Shown: positions 53,614 to 63,486 of the stretch, in pieces
How positions within the stretch are numbered: position 1 is the first letter of the stretch
Layout: every line of letters begins with the position of its first letter
Assembly: GCA_963748815.1 (NCBI GenBank)
Contig: CAVVKJ010000010.1
Coordinates: 64,001-128,000, forward strand
Direction of reading: 5' to 3'
Length of the DNA stretch: 64,000 bases
Source of the DNA: an uncultured Gemmatimonadales bacterium
Lineage (GTDB): Bacteria; Gemmatimonadota; Gemmatimonadetes; Gemmatimonadales; GWC2-71-9
The notes under the pieces: generated by a model
The model's database searches: none
The model's input: the letters and a program-made list of their open reading frames with translations, nothing else
Told to the model about the DNA's origin: nothing
Made by a program: the position numbers and the translations under genes

Positions 53614-55188
53614 CTACCGCTCACGGAGCAGGTCCGCGCGATGCTTGGCCGCCGCCAGGCCCGACAGCAGCAGCGTCGCCACCAGGTAGCCGAGCCGCGT
53701 CGAGCCGGTGGCCACGCCGTTCCAGCCCGCGAAGTCGAGTCCCGGTGTCTGCGCGCCGTTGAGCACCAGGTAGAGGAAGAGGAGAAACACCCCCATGAAC
53801 GCCTTCGGCGTGCGGGAGAGGAACCCGAGGGCGGTGGCGAGGGCGGCCATGAACCCGGCCGCAATGAGCAGTGAAAGGGCGGCGCCCGGGGCGCTGAATA
53901 CGATCCGGAGCGCCGGCGGGACGCAGAAGAGCAGCGCCAGCAGCGTGGCCGCCCCCAGCTTGATCCAGGCGTAGGCCGGCTGCACCCTCGGCATGCTGAA
54001 GAGCATCCCGAGCGTACCCGCCGCGCGGTCGCGCGTCGCGAGATCCGCGAGCGCAACGGCAAGAATGACGGCGACCACCAGGGGGAGCGTGTGGTGCACC
54101 GTGGCGTCGGTGCCGACGATGGTCGTCGCGACGACGCCGAGCCAGGCCAGCACCACCAGCGGCGACTGGCAGAGTGACATCACCGCTTCGGAGAGCACCG
54201 GCCGGAACGCGGCCGGGGCGGCGGGCACCAGTGTGGCTCCCGCCGACGAGATGGGGCGCGTCAGCGGCTTCGAGTGACTGCGAGATACGAGGAATCCAGC
54301 GACCGCCCGAGCCCTGGTCGCGACCCCGGACCTTGGCCGGGTCAAACCGGTGGAAGGAGAGACCGGGCCACCAGCAGTACAGGGATGGCGAGCAACGCCG
54401 TCACCAGTCGCGGGATCAGCAATCCTGGCGAGAGCGAGAGGGGCGGAAGCAGCCAGGGGGCCACACCCGGATCGAACGGGGTCATGCCGATGGAGAGGTT
54501 CTGGGCGCCGGTGGCCTCCGTGACTTGCCGCAGCACGAAGCCGATCCCCAGGATGTCGAGGAACTGGCCGCTGCCGACCTGCGTGCCCATCGCGCCGAGG
54601 GCCAGCAGGACGGTCCAGAGGAAGAAATACCCTACGTCACCGAGACGGCCCGCGAGCAGCGGCACGCATTCGAAGCAGAGCGCCAGTGCCGCGACGACGA
54701 GCACCGCCGGGCCGAGGATGAGGAGGTAGGTGAGGACGTAGGTGAACGGCTCCAGCGCCCCCTCGCCGCGGAGCAGGTGCATCGCCATCACGTTCAGCAG
54801 GTAGAAGAGTCCCACCATGCCGAGGTAGGCGGCGCCCCCGAGCCACTTGCCGATCGAGGAAGCTGCCGGAGCCGACGGGGGTCGCCGCGATGATCCCGCC
54901 GGTCCGCGCCAGGAGGTCGCGCCGAAGGGCGTTGCTGGTCAGGTAGAAGCCCACGAACGTCAGCAGGAAGCCGGCGAGCGCCGCGGTCGTGGTCGCGATG
55001 ACCTGCGAGGTGTAGAGGGCGCGCGCGCCGTCGACGACCATCAGCGCCCGGCCGGTCGCGGGGTCCGGGATCAGCATGTACGCCATCCCGGAGAGCGCGA
55101 CCACCAGCCACAGCGTCGCCGGACGGCGGAGCCGAAGCTTCAGGTCGGTGAGGACGATCGAGCCGATCTGGCTCTGTGCCGACGGCAC
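53614..55188 (-). CDS. ABC transporter permease; frameshifts near 54345 and 54855
   Basis: Polytopic hydrophobic ORF pieces directly downstream of an ABC ATPase. Confidence 0.75.
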
Positions 55189-55192
55189 GCCC

Positions 55193-56050
55193 CTACGCCC
55201 CCGCCTGCATCAGGTGGACGAAGGCGTCCTCGAGGTCCGGCTCCACGACCGCGGCGGTCGCGAAGGGCTGCGCGGAGGCCACCACCCTCACGTGCACGCC
55301 GTCGACTTGCCGGACGGCGCGGGTCACCTTGAGCCGCCCCTTGGCCTGTTCGTACTCGGCAGGCGGGACGACCGCCTCCCAGACGCGCCCGCGCGCCGAT
55401 TGCAGCAGCGCCTCGGGCGCGGCGCACGTCACCAGGCGGCCCTCCCGCATGACCGCAATGGTGTCGGCCAGCGACTCGACGTCGGAGACGATGTGCGTGG
55501 AGAGGAGGACGAGCTTGCCCTGGCCCAGGTCGGTGAGCAGGTGGCGGAACCGCACCCGTTCCTCGGGGTCGAGGCCGGCGGTCGGTTCGTCCACGATCAG
55601 GAGGGCGGGGTCGTTGAGCAGCGCCTGGGCGATGCCGAGCCGCTGCCGCATGCCGCCGGAAAAGGTGGCGGCGGGGCGCTGGGCCACCGTGTGCAGGTTG
55701 ACCGTTTCCAGCAACTCGTCGATGCGGCTCCGGGATGTCACCCCCTTGAGTCCGGCGAAATAGCTCAGGAACTCGAAGGCGGTGAGGTTGTCGTAGACGC
55801 CGAAGTCCTGCGGCAGGTAGCCGAGCTGGCGGCGGAGCGCTTCCGGGTCCCTGCGGACGTCCACTCCCTGGAACGTGATCTGCCCCTCGGTCGGCCGGGT
55901 GATGGTGGCGACCATCTGCATCAGGGTTGTCTTGCCGGCGCCGTTCGGGCCCAGCAGGCCGACCACGCCGGCCTTGAGCTCGAGGGAGACGTCGTTGACG
56001 GCGGTGACGCCGCCGGGGAAGCGCTTGGTGACGTGGGTGAGGGTGAGCAT
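55193..56050 (-). CDS. ABC transporter ATP-binding protein
   Basis: GPNGAGKT, FSGGMRQR, IVDEP, STH. Confidence 0.95.
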   Translation of the reverse strand: MLTLTHVTKRFPGGVTAVNDVSLELKAGVVGLLGPNGAGKTTLMQMVATITRPTEGQITFQGVDVRRDPEALRRQLGYLPQDFGVYDNLTAFEFLSYFAGLKGVTSRSRIDELLETVNLHTVAQRPAATFSGGMRQRLGIAQALLNDPALLIVDEPTAGLDPEERVRFRHLLTDLGQGKLVLLSTHIVSDVESLADTIAVMREGRLVTCAAPEALLQSARGRVWEAVVPPAEYEQAKGRLKVTRAVRQVDGVHVRVVASAQPFATAAVVEPDLEDAFVHLMQAGA

Positions 56051-56092
56051 GACGGCAAAGTTAACGAGAGCCGGCGCCGTCGGCGCCCCCGA

Positions 56093-56121
56093 TTGCTGAA
56101 GCCTCCCGCCTGTCGTAGGTT
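56093..56121 (+). promoter_or_regulatory. Putative sigma70 promoter of the GNAT unit
   Basis: TTGCTG, 17 nt, TAGGTT. Confidence 0.45.
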
Positions 56122-56210
56122 ACGATTGATCCCTCACGCGTCCTGCCGCCATCCAGCCCAGGGGAGCCCATGACCACGTCGTGTTGCCCCTCGAGAGCGG
56201 GGTAGGGACG

Positions 56211-56987
56211 ATGTCCGGTTCCATCAAGCCATCCTACCGCGAAGTTGTCCGCTCGGACGATCCGGTCATTCGCCGCGTTCACCAATTGATACGGCAGACC
56301 TTTCCGGCGGACGAGTTGGTGGAGGCCAACGAGTGGCGGGACTCGCTCCATGAGCGGGAGGCCGGACTCTGGTCGGACAGCCGTTGGCACCTGGTCGTCG
56401 CGGAGCACAAGGGCGAGGTCATCGGCGTGGCGAGCGGGACCTACCTCGGGAACCTCAACGTCGGGGTGGTCGGCTACCTGGCGGTGTCGCCCAAGGCGCG
56501 CGGCTTTGGCGTCGGCCCGAAGCTCCGGGCCCGGCTCCGCACCCTGTTCCGGAAGGACGCCCGCGCCATCCGGGGCGAGATCCTCGAGGCCGTCGTGGGG
56601 GAGGTCCGCCGGGACAATCCGTGGCTGCGCGCGCTGATCCGGAGCGAGCGGGTCCTCGCACTCGACTTCACGTACTTCCAGCCCCGGCTCCGGCCCGGCG
56701 ACCGACCGGTCCCGCTGGTGCTGTATTACGAAGGGGTCGGCGCGCCGCGGCAGCGGCTGCCGGCCTCGCCCATCCGCACGATTCTCTACAGCGTCTGGCG
56801 GCGCATCTACCGGGTCCGGCGCCCGCTCTTCCACGCCGCCTTCCGCCGGATGCTCCGCGACCTGGAAGGCCGCACGTCCGTCGGCGAGGTCAAGCTCCGC
56901 GACCTCCCGCCACCCAGTCGAAGACACCGCGAACCAGGGACGCCCGAAGTCGGCCACCTGCTGCCCGTCGGAGGCATTCATGCGTGA
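56211..56987 (+). CDS. GNAT-fold acetyltransferase-like protein
   Basis: YLAVSPKARGFGVG acetyl-CoA motif; start may be further upstream (56170-56181). Confidence 0.7.
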   Translation: MSGSIKPSYREVVRSDDPVIRRVHQLIRQTFPADELVEANEWRDSLHEREAGLWSDSRWHLVVAEHKGEVIGVASGTYLGNLNVGVVGYLAVSPKARGFGVGPKLRARLRTLFRKDARAIRGEILEAVVGEVRRDNPWLRALIRSERVLALDFTYFQPRLRPGDRPVPLVLYYEGVGAPRQRLPASPIRTILYSVWRRIYRVRRPLFHAAFRRMLRDLEGRTSVGEVKLRDLPPPSRRHREPGTPEVGHLLPVGGIHA

Positions 56988-57651
56988 CCAGATTCGGCCT
57001 GATTCTCGATTCGCTCCAGAACTCCTGGTACCAGGTGGCGGCGTTCACGCCTCGGCTGGTCGTGGCGCTGCTGCTGCTGAGCGTCGGGTGGCTCCTGGCG
57101 CGAGGCATCGAGTGGTTCGCGGTGCGGGTGCTCCGTCTGATCCGCGTCGAGGAGGCGGCGGAGCACGCCGGGCTCGACGACTTCCTGCTCCGGGGCGGCG
57201 TCCGGTTCACGCTGGTGACGCTGGTGGGCCGCACGCTCTACTGGGGCGTCCTGCTGATGTTTGCGCTCGCGATGTTCAACGTCCTCGGCCTGACGATGGG
57301 GGCGGACCTGATGGCGGAGGTGGTGGACTACGTGCCCAACGTGGTGGCCGGCCTCATCGTCCTGGCCTTCGGCTCGCTCGGCGCGAAGTTCGTGCGGGGC
57401 ATCGTCGAGGCGTACCTGAACAACATCGGCGTGAAGGAGGCCTCGAACCTCGGCCTCCTGGTGCACGGCGCGCTGCTGGCGTTCGTCGCGATCCTGGCGC
57501 TGGAACAGCTGCAGATCGATGCGGCGATCCTGCCGCGTCGGCGTTCCTGCTCGCCTTCGGCGGCCTCTGCCTCGGGCTGGCGCTCGCCTTCGGGCTCGGC
57601 GGACGCGCCTGGGCCGAGTCCATCCTCGACCGGAGCCGGAACAAGCGATGA
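56980..57651 (+). CDS. CmpX-like membrane protein (MscS TM-helix repeats); apparent frameshifts
   Basis: PRLVVALLLL, YVPNVVAGLIVL, LALAFGLGGR. Confidence 0.75.
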   Translation: MRDQIRPDSRFAPELLVPGGGVHASAGRGAAAAERRVAPGARHRVVRGAGAPSDPRRGGGGARRARRLPAPGRRPVHAGDAGGPHALLGRPADVCARDVQRPRPDDGGGPDGGGGGLRAQRGGRPHRPGLRLARREVRAGHRRGVPEQHRREGGLEPRPPGARRAAGVRRDPGAGTAADRCGDPAASAFLLAFGGLCLGLALAFGLGGRAWAESILDRSRNKR

Positions 57652-58487
57652 TCATCGATTGCCACGTCCACCTCAACAACTATTACGAAGAACAGCGTCG
57701 AGACCCTTCCGGCCTGCCTGGAGAAGCTCGAGCTGGAGATGCGCCGGAACCGGATCGACCAGGCGCTGGTCCTGACCTCGTACACGGTGACGCCGGGGCG
57801 CCCCTCGACGCGGACGCGTGGTCGAGGCGGTGCGCGACAAGCCGTACCTCACGGTCATCGCCGGACTCGACTACACGAAGTTCCAGCCGGACGAACTGGC
57901 GCGAGATCGCCGAGATTCGTCGCAGGCCGGCAAGGTGCGGGGCCTGAAGCTCTATCCGGGCTACCAGCCGTTTTATCCACTCGACCCGAAGTGGACGCCG
58001 GCCTACGAGTTCGCCGCCCTCCACAAGATCCCGGTCATGATCCACACCGGCGACACCTACTCGCCGAAGGGGAAGCTCAAGTACTCGCACCCGCTGCAAC
58101 GTGGACGAGGTGGCGGTGGAGTTCCCCGACGTCAATTTCCTGATTTGCCACCTCGGCAATCCCTGGATCCGGGACTGCATGGAGGTGGTGTACAAGAACG
58201 CCAACGTATACACCGACATGTCAGGGCTGACGCTGGGGGAGTTCGAGGACCGGTTCGAAGTGTTCCTGCGGAAGCAGGTCTCCGAGATGCTCAGCTACGG
58301 CGTGGAGCCGGATGCGTTGCTCTATGGCACAGACTGGCCGATCTCCTCGATGGCTTCATACCTGGACTTCATGAAGGAGCTGGCCATTCCGCAGAAGGAG
58401 CGGAGCCTCGTCATGGCGCAGAACGCGATTGAGCTCTACGGGCTGGATCCAGCGAACAGCCTGTTGAAGATGGGCGGGCGGCGGTAG
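57648..58487 (+). CDS. Amidohydrolase_2 family metal-dependent hydrolase; apparent frameshifts
   Basis: IIDCHVH, GLKLYP, IHTGD, CHLGNP, LYGTDWP. Confidence 0.85.
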
Positions 58488-58578
58488 CAGTGGCGTGACG
58501 GGCCGGGAAGGGGGCAGGTGGCGTCATTCGATGGATGCTGTGTGGAGCTACGCCACATCCACTCACCCCGAGAGCTGG

Positions 58579-59928
58579 CTATTTCACGGCCCGCCGCAGC
58601 CCCAGCTCGAGGATCTGCTGTTCCAGGCCGCTGATGTCGCGGTAGAGTGTATCGGGCGCGGCGCCTCCTGGCACCCTGAGGATCACGTACCCCTGCCGGT
58701 TGGTGCGCGCGAGCATCAGCGTGAATCCATCGTGCGGATAGCGGTGAGGGGGGCCTCCGGCGAGGACGATCAGCTCCGTGGCCGTCGCGATCACCGCATC
58801 CTGGACGCCCTTCCCGGCTGGCGCGAAGATGTACAGCGCGGTGTCTCGCTCCGTCAGGGCGCCGAGCGCGCGGGCCGAGTCAAGAATCGCGGGAGGAATG
58901 GCTGGCGCGCTCGCATCCAGCCCGGGGGGATCACCGGTTCGGAATCCCATCCAGACCTGGAATGCCAGGTACCCGAAGAGGATCATGCCCAACACCAATC
59001 CCCCAACCACCATGGCCGTCCTCCCGAACCACCGCCGGCGGGTCCGACGCCGCACCAGCTTCGGCGACAGCAGCTTGTCCGCCGCGCTCGCCGCCCGAAG
59101 CGCCTCCGCCATCTCCTTCGCCGATGTCCAGCGGTCATCCGGGTCCTTTTCCAGTGCCCGGGTGATGATTGCGGCGAGCGCCTTCGGGAGCTCGGGGGCC
59201 ACCGCAGCGAGGGGCTCCGGCGCCTGGCTGACCTGGTTGGCCATCACGTTGACAGCCGAGTGGCCGGTGATCGGCCTCCGCCCCGTCGCCGCCTCGTACA
59301 ACACCACCCCCAGCGCATAGACGTCCGCCCGGCCGTCGAGGCGGTCTCCCGCTACCTGCTCCGGGCTCATGTAGTGCGGGGTGCCGCTGCTGGTACCGTC
59401 CGGGGCAGTCTCGGTGGCCGCCACCACGCGGGAAATGCCGAAATCGGCCACGAACGCGTGACCGTCCCCATCCAGCAGCAGGTTGTCCGGCTTGATATCG
59501 AGGTGGAGGACGCCGCGCGTGTGTGCCGCCGAAAGCGCATCGGCCACCTCCACGCCCAGCCGGGCGACGCCGGCCGGCGTCAGCGGCCCCTCCGAGCTCA
59601 GCCGAGCCCCCAGGGTGCCGTCCGGGAAGTACCGCATGACGAGGTACACCACCCCGTCGCGCTGGCCGGCTTCGTACAGGGGGACAATGTGGGGATGTTC
59701 CGCCGTTGCGACGAGTCGGGCTTCATCGAGGAGGCGATCCGCGGCGGAATCGTCGAGGACCAGCGTGGGATCCAGCGCCTTGATCGCCACATCACGATGG
59801 AGGAGGGGATCCCGCGCCCGGAAGACGGCCGCGAAGCCGCCTACCCCCAGGAGCGAACCGACCTCCAGACGATTGCCCAGCGCACCCTGCAGCCGAGTGG
59901 CGACAGCTCCGGCATCTGCGAACTGCAT
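58579..59928 (-). CDS. Membrane-anchored Hanks-type Ser/Thr protein kinase
   Basis: LGVGGFAAV, VAIK, HLDIKPDN, DFG, GTPHYMSPEQ, DVYALG; TM helix; GGAGG before ATG. Confidence 0.93.
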   Translation of the reverse strand: MQFADAGAVATRLQGALGNRLEVGSLLGVGGFAAVFRARDPLLHRDVAIKALDPTLVLDDSAADRLLDEARLVATAEHPHIVPLYEAGQRDGVVYLVMRYFPDGTLGARLSSEGPLTPAGVARLGVEVADALSAAHTRGVLHLDIKPDNLLLDGDGHAFVADFGISRVVAATETAPDGTSSGTPHYMSPEQVAGDRLDGRADVYALGVVLYEAATGRRPITGHSAVNVMANQVSQAPEPLAAVAPELPKALAAIITRALEKDPDDRWTSAKEMAEALRAASAADKLLSPKLVRRRTRRRWFGRTAMVVGGLVLGMILFGYLAFQVWMGFRTGDPPGLDASAPAIPPAILDSARALGALTERDTALYIFAPAGKGVQDAVIATATELIVLAGGPPHRYPHDGFTLMLARTNRQGYVILRVPGGAAPDTLYRDISGLEQQILELGLRRAVK

Positions 59929-60406
59929 GAAGTCTCCTCCACGTCCGGCGATGTTGTCCCGGAACATACAATTCCTTCCCATCCAGGGCGACGATCGCCG
60001 GGGGAGGCTGTCGCTTGCCCTCGACCGGATCCTCTGGCAGCCACGCGCATCTTCACGATGGGAGACACGCAACTCGAGTGTTTCTGGGGCTCCTCCGGAG
60101 CCGTTCAGCCGGCACGGGGCGCACAGTGCGACGGGCCAAGGGGCCGTCCCGGCCAGGTCGAACCCGTTCGGCAGCAGCGACTTAGGGCCTGCGTGCGAGA
60201 GCCAGCCGAAACCACCGTCGGTGCCGCAGGGTGCAAGTATTCCGGCCTCGGTCGTCCCCCTGCGTGATCTCGCCAGCCGGGCTCCGGGCTCGGCGCCGAA
60301 GCACGCAGTCCCACTTGCGACCGCGGGCGCATCCTCCATATTCTTCCTCGTTGCTGTCAGAGAGCTTTCCGATCACCGTCTTCACTCAACCCCCGAGGAC
60401 CTCCCG

Positions 60407-60983
60407 ATGATCAAGATCCGACTCGTTGCCGCCAGTCTCGCCCTCGTGCTCGGGGCGATGATTGTTGGCGCCAATGACGCGGCCGCCCAGAAGGTCGCCA
60501 CGAATTACGACACGAAGGTCGACTTCACGCAGTACAAGACCTACAAGTGGGTCACCATCCAGGGTGCCACCTATCCGAACCAGCTGCAGGACATGCAGAT
60601 CAAGCAGGCGGTCGACTCGGTGCTCAAGGGCTTCGGGATGGTCATGAAGGACAGCGGCGACGTGAACGCGTACGTCGCATACCAGATCAGCGTCGACTCA
60701 GTCCACCCAGTACAACACCTTCGGCACCGGCGGCGTGGGCATGGGTGGTGGTTGGGGTTGGGGCGGGATGGGCGGCGGCATGTCTACGACGACTCCCCAG
60801 ACCATCAACACCGGCACCCTCGTGGTCGACATTTACGATCCGGCCATGAAGCAGCTGGTGTGGCAGAGCACCGCCACCAAGCAGATGAACCCGAGCTCGG
60901 ACGCCGCCAAGAACCAGGCGAACCTGCAGAAGGCTGTCAACAAGATGTTCAAGGATTACCCGCCGGGCGCCGCGAAGAAGTAG
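60407..60983 (+). CDS. DUF4136-like exported protein; frameshift near 60705
   Basis: YDTKVDFTQYKTYKW, GWGWGG, GTLVVDIYD..LVWQ, MFKDYPP. Confidence 0.8.
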
Positions 60984-61014
60984 TCGCTGGCGGTCTGAAT
61001 TCGGCAGTGTGTTT

Positions 61015-61050
61015 GAAGACGGGATCGGGCTGGTGCCCGGTCCCGTCTTC
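61015..61050 (+). terminator. Intrinsic terminator-like hairpin
   Basis: GAAGACGGGATCGGGC-TGGT-GCCCGGTCCCGTCTTC then ACTTT. Confidence 0.7.
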
Positions 61051-61069
61051 ACTTTGATGAGGAGGCCCG

Positions 61070-62614
61070 ATGCCGTTCCGATTCCGTCCCGTCCCGATCG
61101 CCGCCCTGCTCCTCCTGACAGCAGGGTTCTCCGCCGGCCAGGAGCCGGTCGACCCGGTGATGATCGCCAAGATCCGGGTCGAGGGGCTCCAGCATTCCCA
61201 GGTCATGAACTACGAGAGCTACATGACCGATGTGCTCGGCGCCCGGTTGACCCTCTCCCGCGACATGCAACGGGCCCAGCAGTGGGCCCTCGAGACGATG
61301 CGAAGCCTCGGGCTCGCCAACGTGGCGCCCGAGCCGTTCATGGACTTCGGCGTGACCTGGGACAACGAGTTCGTGTCGCTCCACATGCTCGCGCCCGACT
61401 ACCAGCCGATGGTCGGCTATCCCCTGGCGCACACCCGGGGCACCGACGGACCCCAGGTGGCGAACGCGGTCATCGTCGAGCTGCAACTCCGGAGCGACCT
61501 GGCGGCGTACCGCGGCAGGCTGGCAGGGAAGGCGGTCCTGGTGACGCCGCCGCCGCCGATCGACCTGGCCCCGCTCACCAATGGCGTGCCGCGCCGGAGC
61601 CAGGCGAACCTGGACTCCCTCCAGCGCACCGTCATCGCGCCGACCCGCCCGGCGCCGAACCGGCCTCCTCCCAATCCCGAGCTCCTCAGCGCCGACGAGA
61701 AGATGGCGTTCTTCGCCTCGGAGGGGGTGACCGCGGTCCTGCAATCCGAGAGCGGGTGGCTGGGCGCGGTGCGTGGCTTCTCGCGCCCGGGGGCGCGGAA
61801 CGACCGCTGGTCCCGGGCCGGGATGCTCGCGGGGCCGGTCATCGTGGCGATCACCCCGGAGCACTACAACCGGATGTACCGCATCCTCCAGCGGGGAATG
61901 GCCGTCACCGTCCAGGTCGACGTCCGCAACCGGATCGGCGAGGTGGTCGAACAGGCGGTCAACATTACCGGCGAGATCCCGGGCACCGACCTGAAGGACG
62001 AGATCGTGATGATCGGGGCGCACTTCGACACCTGGCATGCCAGCCCGAACGCGAGCGACAACACCTCCGGGTCGGCGGTGGTGCTCGAGGCGGCGCGCAT
62101 CCTCAAGGCAGTGGGCGCCCGGCCGCGGCGCACCATCCGGTTTGCGCTCTGGAGCGGGGAGGAACAGGGGCTCTGGGGCTCGCGCGCCTACGTGCGTGAG
62201 CATTTCGGAGATCCGCGGGACTCGACCTCGAGCATCAAGCCGGCGTACGAGAAGCTGTCGGTGTATTTCAACCAGGACTACGGGGCGGGGCAGTACCTCG
62301 GCATCTACCTGCAGGGCAACGAAGCGGCGCGCGCGATGCTCACTGCCTGGATGGAGCCGTTCCGGGACTTCGGCATGGTGGTCGTGTCGAACCAGAGCGT
62401 GGGGAGCACCGACCATGTGTCGTTCGACGAGGTGGGGCTCCCGGGGTTCCAGTTCCTGCAGGACAACATCCCGGGGACGGGCGGTCACACCAACCTGGAC
62501 TTCTACGACACCATCCAGGCCCAGGACCTGATGAAGAACGCGGTGGTCATGGCGGCCTACGCCTACAACGCCGCGATGGCGCCGACCAGGGTGCCGAGGA
62601 AGGCGGTCAGGTAG
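61070..62614 (+). CDS. Exported M28 family metallopeptidase
   Basis: GAHFDTW, ASDN, WSGEEQGL, NQD, TDHVSF, HTNLD. Confidence 0.9.
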   Translation: MPFRFRPVPIAALLLLTAGFSAGQEPVDPVMIAKIRVEGLQHSQVMNYESYMTDVLGARLTLSRDMQRAQQWALETMRSLGLANVAPEPFMDFGVTWDNEFVSLHMLAPDYQPMVGYPLAHTRGTDGPQVANAVIVELQLRSDLAAYRGRLAGKAVLVTPPPPIDLAPLTNGVPRRSQANLDSLQRTVIAPTRPAPNRPPPNPELLSADEKMAFFASEGVTAVLQSESGWLGAVRGFSRPGARNDRWSRAGMLAGPVIVAITPEHYNRMYRILQRGMAVTVQVDVRNRIGEVVEQAVNITGEIPGTDLKDEIVMIGAHFDTWHASPNASDNTSGSAVVLEAARILKAVGARPRRTIRFALWSGEEQGLWGSRAYVREHFGDPRDSTSSIKPAYEKLSVYFNQDYGAGQYLGIYLQGNEAARAMLTAWMEPFRDFGMVVVSNQSVGSTDHVSFDEVGLPGFQFLQDNIPGTGGHTNLDFYDTIQAQDLMKNAVVMAAYAYNAAMAPTRVPRKAVR

Positions 62615-62618
62615 GGCG

Positions 62619-62975
62619 CTACTCCCCTGTCGGGCTGGAATCGTAGGTCATGATCGACGCGATCAGGAAGATGAACGGCACCGCGGCGAGGACCAGGGGG
62701 AGCGCCTGCGAGGTCTGCGACTCGGTGGAGTCGACGGCGCTCAATGGCAACGCGACTCGACAGGTGTCGCAGTTTGCGGTGGCGGAGGCGGGAATGCCGC
62801 TGAGGCTGTCGGTAGTGACTTGCACGGCGCGCCACCGCACCGACCGGGTGCCGGACCAGACCCGGATGACCCGGTTGGCGGGGACCGGCGTGGGGGCGGC
62901 GATCGTGGTGGGTTCCCAGGAGACGCACCCCGACATTAGCATCGCGGACACCGCGACGCGCACCGATCGATTCAC
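62619..62975 (-). CDS. Hypothetical lipoprotein-like protein
   Basis: GGAG before GTG; SG-C; CxxC; C-terminal TM segment. Confidence 0.55.
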   Translation of the reverse strand: MNRSVRVAVSAMLMSGCVSWEPTTIAAPTPVPANRVIRVWSGTRSVRWRAVQVTTDSLSGIPASATANCDTCRVALPLSAVDSTESQTSQALPLVLAAVPFIFLIASIMTYDSSPTGE

Positions 62976-63115
62976 GATGACTCCAGGAGCGGGGGGGACC
63001 GCGCGGCCGGTTCGGTCCGATGGACTGCTGGGAGGGGAGACGACAGGTGGGACCCGCGCTGCACACTCGAGCGGTGCAGCGCGCCTAGTTGTGGTGCGGC
63101 GTGCCTCTCAATGCG

Positions 63116-63469
63116 TCACGTCGGCTCGAGGTGGTCGACCACCCAGCGGCCGTCGGCGCCGCACGCCGAACACCCCGCCTTGCCGTCGCCATAGAGGATC
63201 ATCTCCGTCTGGCCGAAGCAGAAGGGGCAATCGGCCCGGACGGTCTGGAGCGAATCGAGCGGGATGCCGTTGCGGACGATCCGCCGCACCATCGCGCCCG
63301 GCTCGGCGGCCCCCAAGGGACAGAGGTGTCCGGTGCACTGGGCGCCGATTTCAAGACAAATCAGCTCGGCGTCGCTCACCTGCGCCTGGCCCTCGTTGGA
63401 GGGCTCCTCGGTAATCAGCACCCGGACCGGCCGGTCGCACGCGCTGCAGAACAGTTTCTGGCTTTGCAT
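63116..63469 (-). CDS. Small Cys-rich putative metal-binding protein
   Basis: GGAGG RBS; CSAC, C-x6-C-x4-C, CPFC, CSAC. Confidence 0.7.
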   Translation of the reverse strand: MQSQKLFCSACDRPVRVLITEEPSNEGQAQVSDAELICLEIGAQCTGHLCPLGAAEPGAMVRRIVRNGIPLDSLQTVRADCPFCFGQTEMILYGDGKAGCSACGADGRWVVDHLEPT

Positions 63470-63486
63470 CTCTCCTCCAGCGTGAT

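Noticed and set aside
56170..56205. Leader peptide MTTSCCPSRAG after GGGGAG
   Set aside because: One indel would join this ATG to the GNAT frame, which is more likely in this error-prone sequence.
60150..60190. SRP RNA (ffs)
   Set aside because: Lacks the GNRA/GGAA tetraloop and the stem length differs; kept only as a weak structured-RNA candidate.
59929..60339. N-terminal extension of the Ser/Thr kinase
   Set aside because: A GGAGG precedes the ATG at 59928 and the extension has no recognisable features.
1..60983. Frameshifts in many genes as pseudogenes or programmed frameshifting
   Set aside because: They hit essential genes (purL about five times, purF, trpB), I noticed no accompanying in-frame stops or slippery-site pattern, and they are densest in the first 5 kb; this fits uncorrected read errors.
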